Part shown: one piece after another, positions 51,786-64,000 of the stretch
Layout: each line of letters begins with the position of its first letter
How positions within the stretch are numbered: position 1 is the first letter of the stretch
NCBI RefSeq assembly: GCF_016432865.1
Contig: NC_067400.1
Location: 65,596,001 to 65,660,000 of the forward strand
DNA: 64,000 nucleotides
Source: Antechinus flavipes
Taxonomy: Eukaryota
Direction of reading: 5' to 3'
Position numbers and translations under genes: made by a program
Notes under the pieces: generated by a model
What the model saw: only the letters and a program-made list of their open reading frames with translations
Databases searched by the model: none
Told to the model about the DNA's origin: nothing

Positions 51786-51925
51786 AGGAGAAAGAAAAGG
51801 AAAATAGAAAGAAGGAAGGAATGGAGATATGAGAAAAGGAAGGAAGAAATCAAGGAAAGGAAGGGAGAAGGGAGGAAAAGAAAGAGGGAAAAAGGAAAGA
51901 AAGAAAGAAGAAAGGAAGAAAAAAC
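51786..51925. repeat. GA-rich (GAAA/GGAA) repeat next to an N gap
   Basis: Seen directly. Confidence 0.85.
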
Positions 51926-52659
51926 AGTTGAAATTAAAGACTGAATTTAGAAGTTCCATGAAGATGTTCACATGAAGATCCCACATCTATGGGATCTGAG
52001 AGCAAGTCACTTCATATCTCTTTGGCTCAGTTCTCTCAAATGGGATGGATGCCTTCAAAATTCCTTCCATATGAATTTTTATATAATTCCCCCTCAGTGT
52101 CTTTATCTATGGAATCAAGGAGTTAGACTAGAACCATAGCTCTGAAACTGAAAACAATGTCACATTCTTAGTGTAACTTTTTCATTTTTCAGATGAGTAA
52201 ACTGAGGTTCAGAGAAGTTGGTAACTCATCCAGGATCACACAGCAAGAGGTAAGTTTCCTTTTATTTTCTTAATCTTATATATCTAAGTGGCTTATTTAA
52301 GGTCACAATCTAAAAAATGGGGAAAGTAGAACATAACTCTGGTCATCTTTCTACTTACTGGGATGCTTCTTCAGGACCACCAGGCAACATTTAGATTGGA
52401 TGACAAACAAAATAGAAACTGGTATTCTGAGTCGGGACACTTGTGCTACAGACCTGAAACCAGATGCAGTCATTTGGATTTAAAAAGATTGGGTTTTCTG
52501 ATTCCTGGGGTAGGGAGATGTATGACTAGGTATCTACATAAAGAATCTAGTGGGGATGCAGTGTGGCTCTGCTTTACTTCTTTTGTTAAGAGTTTTAGGT
52601 TGATGAGGAAGTTAATGGAAAGATCACTAGTCTTGGAGTCAGAAAATCCTCCTATTTTC

Positions 52660-52843
52660 AAATACGTATACATAGATGGGATTTAACATGTATTTTAACA
52701 TTTAACATGTATCAGACTACCTGCCATATAGGGGAGAGGTGGGGGGAAGGAGGAGGATAATTTGAAACAGAAGGCTTTTCAAGGATCAATGTCGAAAAAT
52801 TACCCATGCATATGTTTTGTAAATAAAAAGCTTTAATAAAAAA
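52660..52843 (+). mobile_element. L1 extreme 3' terminus with poly(A) signal
   Basis: gactacctgccatataggggagaggtggggggaagg...aaaaattacccatgcatatgttttgtaaataaaaagctttaataaaaaaa. Confidence 0.85.
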
Positions 52844-53836
52844 ATCCTCATATTTTCTAGCTGATAGACTCCTGCATAAGTTATTAATTTTCTCTTTATC
52901 TATAAAATGGAGATAATACTGGTACCACCTACTTCTTGGAAACTTTTCTAGGAAAAAGTAACTTTGTAAGGTTACTTATAAGTAACTTAGTAATGTTACA
53001 AAGTAAGTACTTTATAAGTCATAACATGAAATATAAATGAAAGCCATGTATTTATTGGACTGAGGGAGGACTTCCATTTTGAGATTTCTCTTTAGTTCAA
53101 AAATCTTAGAGCTTTTGACAGGATATCTTTTCACTCTTCACATTTTCTCTTGTAGCACAGGTTTGGGGATCATGCTGTTTCTCCCTGTTAGAGGAAAAGA
53201 GTTTTGAGAAATTCTACATGCTTACAAATATCTATTTAATCTTTTGTCCTAGAATATTGCTAAAAAAAAATCCAAGAAACTGACTCAATAGTCTTTACTT
53301 TATGGAATCCTTCTTCTTCTTCTTTGTGAAACCTGGGCTGACATTGATCTGATCCTTGGGAGAAGGACTTGTGTCAAGACTTGTGTCTCCCAAAAAAGTA
53401 AGATTAAATAAAATTGACATCAAATAAATGTTATCACATTGTGTTAGCTAGTCAGTTTGCTGTAATTCTTTACTTTTTCTTTGCCTGGAACCCTTAGAGA
53501 TAATTGATACTTGTAGACCATCACCTAAATCTTTGTTCTCATTGTCAGAAGGTATTCCTAGTATAACATTAGACAAAACACTTAACTCTTTAATTTCATT
53601 GTTATCATCTTTATAATAAGGGAATCCAACCTAGATGACTATTGGGAACCCTTCTGGACTTAAATACATGATCCTGTGATCTTGGGGCCCTGTATGTACA
53701 TTATGGAAGTCTATCATCAAATTCTTTTGCAAATGTAGATGTGGTTAAATGTATATTGGTCAGACATTGCTTCAGTTTTTGCTAATAGGGAAATTATATT
53801 TCGATATATGGTTCACCTTCAACAATTTAGATTATA

Positions 53837-53955
53837 GGGCAACTAGATGATGCAGTGACTATAGCACAGGTCCTGGAGTCAGGAGGATCTGAATTCAAAT
53901 CCAGCTTCAGATAATTGATACTATGTGACTTCGGACAAGTCACTTATTCCAGGTA
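53837..53955 (+). mobile_element. CORE-SINE 5' part
   Basis: gggcaactagatgatgcagtg...cctggagtcaggaggatctgaattcaaatccagc. Confidence 0.8.
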
Positions 53956-54214
53956 CCTCCCCCATACAAACAATGTCAAATGCAATTTATCTACAAGTTA
54001 CAGTTTTAGAAAATTGTCAGAAGCTCAAAAAATTTGAGTGATTTATTCCTGGTCAGATCATTAATATTTGTTAGAAGCTTAACTTGAAGCCAGATCCATA
54101 GTAACTCCAAATTTAGCACTCTATCTAGATAAAAAAAGTTATAAGACTGAATTTTAATAGTTCTAGTGGTATTTGTGATGTACATCATGGTGTAATTTTA
54201 ACACTTTAGCAAGT

Positions 54215-54345
54215 TTCTGTAGCTCAACTCACCTAAGCTGCCAAGGTCTGCACCTACTGATGATATCATTTATGTGTTTTCTATTGGAGATATTACCCTC
54301 TTGATGTCATCGGTCCTCTTCAAGAACAAAGGACAAACAATAAGA
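54215..54345 (+). mobile_element. RTE-related SINE 3' end (MdoRep1-like)
   Basis: ttgatgtcatcggtcctcttcaagaacaaaggacaaacaataa matches the 3' end of 30615-31045. Confidence 0.6.
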
Positions 54346-54484
54346 ATAATTGATCCTCATGGGACAGGAGAAGTGATGCTTTGCTAGGTGCTTGTGGGAA
54401 GGATGCTATTGACACATACTTGGATGTCTTCAGCAATAAGGACCAGGATGTGGATTGTCAATCCTTAGCTGTTCACCTGTCATA

Positions 54485-54578
54485 TGTACTACTCAATACC
54501 AAAGGAAATTTCAGAGTATAAGTGGGATTCTGTACTACTCAATACCAAAGGAAATTGCAGAGTATAAATAGGATTCTG
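54485..54578. repeat. 46-bp tandem duplication
   Basis: tgtactactcaataccaaaggaaatt(t/g)cagagtataa(g/a)t(g/a)ggattc x2, 43/46 identical. Confidence 0.95.
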
Positions 54579-55100
54579 GCCCTGGGTCCTGAGACCCCTC
54601 TTAACTTCTAAAGGCAGCTTCCTTAGCTTTTTCCTTGGCTTCTCTTTCTCATGGGTAATATTTCAGAGTTTCTTGTTAGTTAAGGAATTGGCAGCACTTC
54701 TCAGTGATTATCCAATAAAATCATTATTCTTGCTCTCTCCTTCTCCTACTCCACTTCCCTCTTCCTTCCCTTGATGTCAATCAGTGGGCAAAACATCCTT
54801 ATATTGGAATTCTGTTTAGCTAGGTTAGGTTAGAATGATATAATAGAAGCAACAGACTTGTATTTTGGAAATAGTCTATCATTTTACATCTCAACTCCTC
54901 ACAGGAAAGAACACCTTGACTAGATGACTTCAGTCTCAGAATTGAAATGAATAGCTTAGATGCTTAATCCTATCTTCCCCCCCACACACACACACCTCGC
55001 TGCCCCATTCTCTAGGTTTATATCACTGCTACAGTCCATACTTTAGTATTAATCTGCCATCTCCCTACTGCTTAAGTGTCAGTATGGAGTTGTGCCTTTA

Positions 55101-55301
55101 ACCCTTACATTTCTTTAATTCTGCTTCATGACCCCATATGGGGTCTGGTAACTGGATGTGAGAGGGGGGGTCATAACATTATCATTTATTATTAGTAAAT
55201 GTTTAATTTGTATTGTTGAACATACTTATATAATCAGGGTCACATAATAAATTTCTTGGACAAAAAAGGATCTCCATGTGGGAAAAGCTTAAGAAGTCCC
55301 A
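55101..55301 (-). mobile_element. hAT-Charlie-type MITE, second copy
   Basis: gggtcataacattatcatttattattagtaaa is the near reverse complement of tttactgataataaatcataatttcatgaccc in 37793-37975; ends aagcttaagaagtccc. Confidence 0.7.
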
Positions 55302-57157
55302 TAACCTACTCCATCTCATTCTTCCTACCTTCCTTTGTTGACCAGGTTATATGAGTCTTCCAGTTATTATTTACAGCTTTTCTAGGCTGTTGGTACTTGT
55401 GTTCGCCAGTCCTTTATATTCATCCTGAAAAGTTTAATTGATCTAAATATCCATGTATCTTATTTTTATCCCTGGGAAAAAAACAAACTCCACAACTTTA
55501 GGGCTCCTAGTTATGGGAGTTAAAATCTGGGGAGCATATTGGAAGCAAGTCCCAAGTCAAAGGAAGATCACCATAGTACAATAGAAGTAGTTTAATATAA
55601 CAAAAGGCAAAAATACTTAATTAAATGATGAGACTAGGGAGGGCACTTTAAAAGTCAAATATTTGGTCCCCCTAATTTGTGCCAGGACTCCTGGGCATAG
55701 CCTAGTTTTTCTGGGTCTGTCATCTTTGATAATCATCAAGTTTTTCTATCTCATTTTAAGTTCATGTCCCAAGTAAAGACGGAGAACTTCAGTCCAATTT
55801 TTCCTGTTAGCAATGAACTGAAAATATCTTGTAAAATTAGGGGCTTGTGTAAAGTAACAACGATTTGATTGGACTTCATGTGGAGAAGGTAGGAAGAAAA
55901 AAGAAGGTAGGAAGTGGGAACAAGCTTCAAAAATCAAAATCCTAATCCTAAACTTTGAGGAATGTAGGAAGAAGGAGAAGAGAGCCCCTTTTGCTCCTCC
56001 TTTCCTCTATATATTGGCAGATTAAAACAGAAGCTGACAAAAAGAGAGGCAAGGGTCATTGAAAGAGGAGTAACTCAGTACCAGAGCTGAGGGATTTGCC
56101 AAGTCAGTGGAAACATCTGCTTTGATGCTCTAGCTCCAGGGACTGTCTCCTTAATGGAAGATAATTAATTATCATCATCTACTATTACTTGGTAATAATC
56201 CTTTTATAGGCACCTGGGCATTCCTGATGTATGTCGTCCTCCTACATTTGCCCGTTTTTTGGGGCCCAAGGGCACTGGTACTTTGCTGGCTGAAAAGTGT
56301 ACCTAACCATTTCCACATTAGACCAGACTTAATGTGTCAGATTGCCCCTGAGTTGGAGTCATTCACTGACAGTAACATAAATCCTCAAAGTCCGTATATA
56401 TTCTTTCAGATGTCTAGGATACTCCTTCTACACCTTCTCTCTGTCTCTGTCTCTTTCTCTTTGTAGTATTTAAGATGACCCTGAAGAGTGGACACAGTTT
56501 TCAAAAGTGCTTAATTTATAATTGAGGTAATGGNNNNNNNNNNNNNNNNNNNNNNNNNNNNNNNNNNNNNNNNNNNNNNNNNNNNNNNNNNNNNNNNNNN
56601 NNNNNNNNNNNNNNNNNNNNNNNNNNNNNNNNNNNNNNNNNNNNNNNNNNNNNNNNNNNNNNNNAAGGTGGGGATGGGTTGAATTGGAAGTGGGGTAGCA
56701 TTTATAATAAGACCGGGCTTTCCTTAACTCAGTGGGCTGTTGTGGAGATGACTGACATCATCCAGCTGAAAGGGGTTTGAGGTCTTCAGAGGACATGTGC
56801 AATATAAATATAAGCTATCATTACTGTCATCATCATCATTATTCTATGCCTGGAAGAATGAGTGCTGTAGCAACCTGCCCATTTATATGCTTTGTGTGTA
56901 TATTCCTCAGCCCCCCACCCTCGCTCCTGTCTCTTGGTCTTTTCAATCTGGAGACCGTCAGGAGGAAAAAAACTGTCCGTGCCTAGAAATTTACAAGGGT
57001 GCTTTACCAACCATAAGGATGAGGACCAAAGCAGGCTGGGTATTTCTGAATCCTTCTTCCTTCTGTAACAGGGAACTGGCTAATGAGAGTCTAATACTTA
57101 AAGTATTGTAAGGCAGTTTAAAAGTCTGGTTAAGGTACATTTGAGCATACTTCAAAG

Positions 57158-57174
57158 CAGAGATTCTAAACCTC

Positions 57175-57215
<41 letters not shown>

Positions 57216-57385
57216 TGTGTGATGGAAGTCCTTGGAAATCTGGTGAGGTCTATGGACCTCCTTCATAAAATCAAAAAAAAATTAGAAAGAAATGCTAAAT
57301 TTCAATTCATCAGTAAAAATGAAATTTTATTTATTTTTCTATTCTAAGTGTATGGATCTTCTGAAATCCCTACATGGAGAAACCC
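57158..57385 (+). mobile_element. MER63-like hAT MITE containing an expanded (GT)n at 57176-57221
   Basis: cagagattctaaacct...(GT)n...ttggaaatctggtgaggtctatggacctcctt; family from recall. Confidence 0.55.
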
Positions 57386-58624
57386 TACTCAAAGACTGGG
57401 ACTTCACTGGCCAGTCTCCTAGATAATTCTAATCTTCCTACTCCTGACTCTTGAGTTCTATATTCCCTATTGGATCAGGATACAGTGACTTGAGTTGCTA
57501 CTTGGTGAAGAAGGAGCCAGAACTGAGGATACATACAATGTGCTTATCATATAAAACATCTTGGTTGATGCTCACCACAATCCTATGAGCTTGCTGCTAC
57601 AATTTTAAATAATTTAGTAACTTGATTTGGGTTACATAGTGATCAGAGGGCATGAGGAGCAGGATGATGGGTATAGTATGAAAGGGAAAAAAGACTATGA
57701 GACTAGTATTGAAATAGCTCTTTTTTTTACACCATTCCCTTTCATCCTGACATGCCTCTGCAATCCACATCTGGATTTGGAGTCAGATCATTTACTTCCA
57801 AAGCTTGATCCTAATACACACTACCTATATGATCATGGATATCACTTGAAGTCTTGGATTCCTGAGATTGGCTTCAGAGATTCTAGGGACCTTATCTTTA
57901 AAGTGGGGGTGTGGTGGGGACAGGACTGGATGTTCTCAAAAATCCCCTTACCTTCTGGTATCTTGTGATTCCATATTCTTAGTTCCCCACCAAGCCTCTC
58001 TCCTTACCCCTTGTACTGTGTTGATCTATGTCAGGTAGACCTGCTCAGTTAGGTTGCTGACTCTTCACTCTCCCTCAAATTAGAAATATCTGTAGGTCTT
58101 ATAAAAAATGGGTCCCTGACTCCATGTTCTGCTCTGGGCTGGGTGGGCTGAAGTGAACATCCCTTATCCCTCACCCATTCCAACTAGTCAGGCTAAAGAC
58201 ATTGTCACAGCACCATCAGCACTGGACTATCCTGTGTCTTGAGAGCCCTGACACTAGGAACTCTGGATCTGGGAGCATTCCATCCCTCTCCGTTTTCTGG
58301 GCCCAGAGCCCATAACCTCCCTCCAGTTCACAGTAAGGCGAAACTCCCGGGGACCTGATAAATAAGAGTTGGAATGTGAGCTGCTAGGCTGTGTCAGGTA
58401 CCTGGGTCCTATTTGGGCAGATAAGAGCCATGTTCTTCCTTGGGTTGCCTGGACTTTTGAGGAAAGAGGATTCCAGAGATAGGAATCCTTCCCTTTTTTC
58501 TTCCCTCCCTTTTTCCATTCTCCCAGGCTATTCAAACAAACTTCCTTTCCCTGCTGTATCCCCTGCCTATAGATCCTGGTATTTGGAGGAGTGGAAATGC
58601 GTCACCAGACAGCATTCAAATTCA

Positions 58625-58800
58625 GGAAGGCAGAGAAACAAGCATTTATTAAGCACTTACTATGTGCCAGGCAGTATGCTAAGCACTTTATATTATTATT
58701 TTATCTTCTCAACAACCCTGGGAAGCAGTGGGGATTATAATCCCCATTTTATAGTTAAGAAAATTGAGGCAGAGAGCCCAAGGTCACACATCTAGTAACT
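58625..58800 (-). mobile_element. L2 tail followed by MIR (antisense)
   Basis: aagcatttattaagcacttactatgtgccagg then aacaaccctgggaag...ccccattttatagttaagaaaattgaggcagagag. Confidence 0.7.
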
Positions 58801-59456
58801 ACTTTGTGACTTTTAAAGAGCTCAAGAAACATAATTTCTAAATAATAAGTTATTTTACTATTAATGCTAGCATTTCATCAATAAAAAGTCAGGAACACTT
58901 TCGAATGCCAAAGACCCCTCATGGACTCAAAGTTTATATGCTCTTGGATGAGTGGGTATTCCTGAGAGTGGCAATCATCTCTGGTTAAAAATTAATGAGA
59001 AAATGAAAATTATAACGAGAAGCCCCTCTAAAGAGGGACTGAGAAAGTGATATCATTTTACTCTTGGACACAGAAACTATCACTGTACCAGACCACCCCC
59101 TATATGTTGGCAATTTAATCAAAGAATCTATTTCTATCCAAACCTGAGTAGAACACAATGATCTTCCCTACCTAGATTAATTCCTCATAAAGTTGGGTGG
59201 GGTCTAAGGAGAGTGAATTCAATCTCATCAGAGCTTCTAGGGGCCTATATCTTTCAAGAGAATCAACTTTGAAATTATGACTATAGCAAAAGGGGGAGCT
59301 CTCAATCTTTCCAAATCATTGGTTACTAACAATCTTTTCCCTCATTCTGAAGTTGGATTTGAACACAGGTCTTCCTGACTCTAGATCCAGGGTCTAGCTG
59401 TTCTAATATAGTGCATTGTTTCTCCTTTTCCCTTGGCATAGCACTCTAACTAGATA

Positions 59457-59670
59457 CAGGAATTCTTAACCTAGGGCCTGTGGATTCTTAAAAAAAAAAC
59501 AACAACAAAACATTTTGACACCTTTTCAATATTATTGCCTTCTTTTGTAGAACTATATATTTCATTTTCTATGTTTAACAACATTATTCTGTGAAGGAAA
59601 TATAAGTTCCAATCGAAAGGATCAGTGCCAAAGGGGGTCCATGAAATGATTATCAGTTAAGAAGTCAAGG
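59457..59670 (-). mobile_element. MER63-like hAT MITE
   Basis: caggaattcttaacctagggcctgtgga...gtgccaaagggggtccatga...gttaagaa; both termini are TIR-like. Confidence 0.55.
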
Positions 59671-59919
59671 TTTGGAAACTGAGGCTTATTGTGTTATCCT
59701 GATTGATGCTTTTCACCCTTTTCTTATAGCAAGTGACATTTCTCCTATTGAAATATGATAAGGTAGTCAGGCAAGAAGAGGTTGAAGGCAGTTTTTAAGA
59801 AGATTTTTCTGAAGCTTGAGTAATGTGAGGGACTAGGATGGGTGATAAGAAATGTAATAGATCCCCCCTCCCAACTCAGTAAAAGAAAGCAGAAACATAT
59901 CTGGGTTAGGGCAAAAAAA

Positions 59920-60175
59920 AAGGAGAAGGAGAGGAAGAGAGAGAAATGGAGATAGAGAAAGAGACAAAGATAGAAACATACAGACAGAATCAGAGGGAAA
60001 CAGAGACAGAGAAACAGAGTGAGAGACAAAGACATAGAGAGAGACAGAGACAGAGACAGAGAGACACAAAGACACAGATAGAAAAAGACAAATATAGAAA
60101 CATGACAGAATTAAAAGGAGACAAGATAGAGGCAGACAGAGACAGGAAGATAGAGACAGTGAGAGAAGATGAAAT
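59920..60175. repeat. GA-rich (AGAGAC)n-like repeat
   Basis: Seen directly. Confidence 0.85.
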
Positions 60176-61949
60176 TACTTCAGTTGAGACTCGCTGTATA
60201 TGTTAAGATTAAATTATCCCAGTTTTGCCCTAGTACTTCTAAACCACCTCCTGACCTCGCTCACCCAGTTTTGTTCCACTAATGCCAATCTTCACAAAGT
60301 GCTTTTGATCTGCTAATTCCCCTTGGGTTGAAGCAAACTGCCCTACTCTCTCACTCTCTAGCCCTAACTGAGAGGAAGGACTATTTATTTTTTATAATGA
60401 TGATCCCCTCCCCTCCAACTTCTAGCTTGGACAGTGGCCTTGTGCTTTTTTTGGGTTTAGTTTAGGGTACAAATGAAATATTGAGGAGATGATGTCCCCT
60501 GCCCCCATCTGCTCTTTCCCTCTGTCCTTCACCCACTTAGGTGGAAAGTAAAGCTACCAATTGCTACTCAATTTTTTAAAAAGAATAAAAAAATAAAATT
60601 GGACAAAATAAACAACAGGATTTTGTCTAGGGTAATTCACATAGACTTTACTTGGTTCCATCTCTGCCACTCGGTTGATTATTTTAATTGCTTCATCATA
60701 ATTAACAAACTGGTAGTTTCTAATTTCAAGCCCATGAGGCTCCTTTTTTACTGATAACTAGGCTAGCCAAGGACCAGATATACAGATTAAAAGGGCTTTC
60801 CTAAGCCTTTTAGGCATCTAAATTCAGTTCCCTAAACAAAAAGATATTCTTAGCAATATCTGAGTTAAAAAGCTTTTTTTTAATCATCTTCATTTTTTAA
60901 ACCTTTCTCAAACTAAGGAGATTGAACTATATGGCCTGTGTGGTCCCTTCCTTCTCTATATCTATGAGCCTATTAATGCCTAATGCTACACTGGGCTCTG
61001 CCTTCCCTGAAACTTGAAACATGAGGCCTTTGATGATAAGGTAGTAATAATAATAACTCACTTTTATAGAGCCCTTTCCAGCTTAGGCAGTGCTTAATAT
61101 CCAGTATCTCATTTGATCCCACAGCAAGCTTGAGATAGAGATAGTACAAGTAATGGCATCCCTATTGTACAGTGGGAAAAAAAATAAGGCTAAGAGAATG
61201 ATTAAGGCCCCTTTGAGGTGCCACAGACTGAGAGGTTCACCTCATCAAAAAGCCAAACTATGTAGTTAGTTAAATGTCTCCTATTCTAGCAGAAGTGATA
61301 ATGTCTTCCTTTTTCAGAATATTTTTACATGCTCTGTTTATGTAGTCCTATTCATGATGTTTCCCCCATTGGAATACAATGTAATTATAAAATATAACAT
61401 TTATATAGTCCTTACTACATGCCAGGCAGTGTGCTAAACACTATAGTTATTATCTTATTTGATTGTGATTATGTATTTCTATTCCCATTTTACAGGTGAA
61501 GAAACAGGAAGACTATACTAATAAGTGTCTTGAGCTGGTCTTCCTGCTTCCTAGCCTGGTGCTTCTCAAGGGCAGAAATCATGGCTTTATTTTTCTTTGT
61601 TTTACCTGGTTTGGTATAAATACTGATATTCAGTAAATGTTTAATAAATGTTTGTTGCTTAACTAAAGAGCAGGGAAACAAAACACCACCATTTAATATT
61701 ACTTTATATCTTTCTTCTCATCTTTTTTTTTTTTTTTAGAATTTGGATAGAAATGGTTTTAGATCAAGTAAAAATACTGGTATTAATCATTTATTCTTAA
61801 TGTTGCTCAGGTGGGGAAAATGACTGCTTTTTTTGTAATTGAGTAAAATATTTGTGATTTATACTCTTTTTTTGTTGGCTCATAAAAAGCCCCTTCAAGA
61901 CAACTCTAACAATGTATAGGATGTAAAGGCAATACACATTTTATCCTGT

Positions 61950-63560
61950 TTTCATTTTGATTCATTATTTTCATATTGTGCATTTTAAATTTTTGTATCA
62001 CTACAATTTCCAATATTCCTTCCCAGAAATTCATTCTTTTTAGCAAATAATAGAAGAGTAACTAAAAATTAGCAAAATGAACCAACATATCAGCATCAAC
62101 CAAATCTGACACTACAGACAGTGTCCTACATCCATATTACCCCACCTTTGCAAAGAGAGGAGTGTATTTCCATGGCTTTTTTTTTTGAAGTCAAATTCGG
62201 TTATAACAATTTCACACCATCCAATTTCAATTGCTTTGTTGCCATTTAAAAAATTTCTATCATAGTAGTTTGCCTTTCTTTTTGCTTGCATTTCTATTCT
62301 CAATGCTTAACATAGCACCTGGCATATAGTTGGTTGGTGGTTGTCCTTCTATTCTTGAAAAGGACCAAAGTGACTTTACTATGTTAGAGTCAAATTACAG
62401 TGTGTCCAATTTTGGTGAACAGGCCAATATGAACTCAGAACACTTTGCCATGGATGGGGCACAAATTGTCCATCTGAACATTTGGCTTGGATTCTCTAAC
62501 TTTGTGCATCTTATATTTCTTTTGAACTACTTCAATTCTGCTTTGCTCGTGGAACACAGCACCTTCTTTGATGAGGGCACATCATTCTGGGCAGTCCTGT
62601 GTCAGTATCTCCCATGTCAGGCAATCAATTCGAAAATTCTTAAGAGAGACCTTGAGAGTGTCCTTGGGTTGTTTTTTCTAAGCACCACGTAAGTACTTGC
62701 CCTGTGTGTGGGTTCTCTATAAAATATTCTTTGGCAAGCTCATGGTTGGCATTTGAACATTGTGGGCAGTCCAACCAAGTTGCACTCTCTGCAGTAGCGT
62801 TTAAATGCTTAGAAGTTTAATTTGAGAAAGGATTGCTGTTTCTGGTATCTTATCCTGCCAGATAATCTCCAGAATTTTCTTAAGACAATTTAAATGGAAG
62901 CAATCTGGCACACAGAAAGCACTTGATAAATACTGTTGACTTATATTGATTATGTAGATTGATTTCTTGGTTCTCCTTACTTTACTTTACATTAGTTCAC
63001 ACTTCTTCTTCTTATTCTCTGTAATTATCATAATTAATGTCTTATTGTGTATAAAGTCTCTTTTGGATAGCTATGTACTTTGTTTCAAGTTCTTTGCTAA
63101 GTGGCACTGAATTTTTTGGTGTAGTGATGGTATATGATATATTTTGGTGCATACTTAAGTTATATACTCAGCAGTGGGATTTCTGGGTCAAAGGATAAGC
63201 ACATTTTCATCACTTAGCATAGTTTCAAATTATTTGACAGAACTGTTCACAACTCCAACAAGTGTATATTTATGTCCTTATCTTTACTCCTATTTTTTTT
63301 TTCATTTTTGTCATTTTGTTAGGTTGTGAGATGAAACCCCAGAGTTCTTTGGTTTGCATTTATTTTATGATTGATGCTTTAGCAGAATCTTTCATATAGC
63401 TATTAAAAAATTGCAATTCTTCTTTTAAAAATCTTCATATCATTTGACCACTTCTACACTGGGGAATAATTAATATATTTATGTCAGTTCTCTATATATC
63501 TTGGATATAAGATTTTTATCAAAGATAATTGATATGAAGATTTTTCTCCTCAGATGATTA
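61950..63560 (-). mobile_element. Old L1 3' region (antisense), interrupted at about 62300-62950
   Basis: cagcagtgggatttctgggtcaaagg...tttggtttgcatttatttt...tttgaccactt are typical antisense L1 ORF2-end motifs. Confidence 0.7.
62330..62904 (-). mobile_element. 5'-truncated RTE LINE 3' end
   Basis: Starts with the reversed tail ttggttggtggttgtccttc; the distal end translates on the minus strand as CFHLNCLRKF; TSD ctggcatatag (62319-62329) / ctggcacacag (62905-62915). Confidence 0.85.
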
Positions 63561-64000
63561 TTTCTCTTCTTATTCCAGTTATACTAATTTGACAAATGTA
63601 ATATTTAATGTTGATTTCTTAATGTTATGACCTTCAATATTCATTTCTTGTTGTTTTTTACTGTTGTTATTACTTGTCAGATTATTTTCATTTTTTGAAT
63701 ATTTAACTTTTCATACTTACATGTAAAAATATTTTTAACACTTGTTTTTTTTTTTTTAATTTTGAGTTCCCAATTATCTCCTTCCCTTTCTACTTTGTTC
63801 CCTAAAATGATAATCACTTTGATATATATTATACAATTCTCATATTTTTCCAATGGAATTCAGACAGGAATGGTCCAAGGACAAATTTTTGCCCTACTGT
63901 TTTTCTTTTATACTTAATATTTTGGAGCTTATTGTAGAAATGGAGAAATAACTACTTTTTTTTTTAACTGAATAAAAGCATTGTGATATTTTGGTGCAAA

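Larger units (their letters stand above)
1270..56664. other. Ten assembly gaps (N runs) scattered within this span
   Basis: N runs at 1270-1403, 8410-8810, 26987-27276, 27336-27479, 27490-27651, 35350-35501, 39520-39672, 40951-41204, 51648-51785 and 56534-56664. Confidence 0.99.

Noticed and set aside
1-64000. CRISPR arrays, rRNA, operons or other prokaryotic systems
   Set aside because: The DNA is mammalian, and no repeat-spacer arrays or rRNA-like sequence were seen.

Overview
This is AT-rich, CpG-depleted mammalian genomic DNA from a gapped assembly, with 10 N-runs totalling about 2 kb, several beside or inside simple repeats. The repeat content (WSINE1-type and Mar1-type CORE-SINEs, RTE LINEs, marsupial-type L1 3' ends, MIR, L2, L3/CR1, hAT MITEs) points to an Australian marsupial, probably a dasyurid such as the Tasmanian devil; this is an inference from repeat families. 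I recognise no protein-coding gene, rRNA, tRNA gene or CRISPR array, so the window looks intronic or intergenic. Most long ORFs are artefacts of microsatellites or N gaps, and two are decayed LINE ORF2 fragments. The standout is a structurally complete 1,020-bp LTR retroelement on the minus strand at 17734-18753. It has two ~280-bp TG..CA LTRs, a tRNA-Lys3 primer-binding site, a polypurine tract and a perfect 6-bp target-site duplication, but only 462 bp of internal sequence: a TRIM-sized betaretrovirus-like element whose LTRs diverge unevenly. Repeat family names come from recalled consensus sequences rather than a database search, and most repeat boundaries are approximate.
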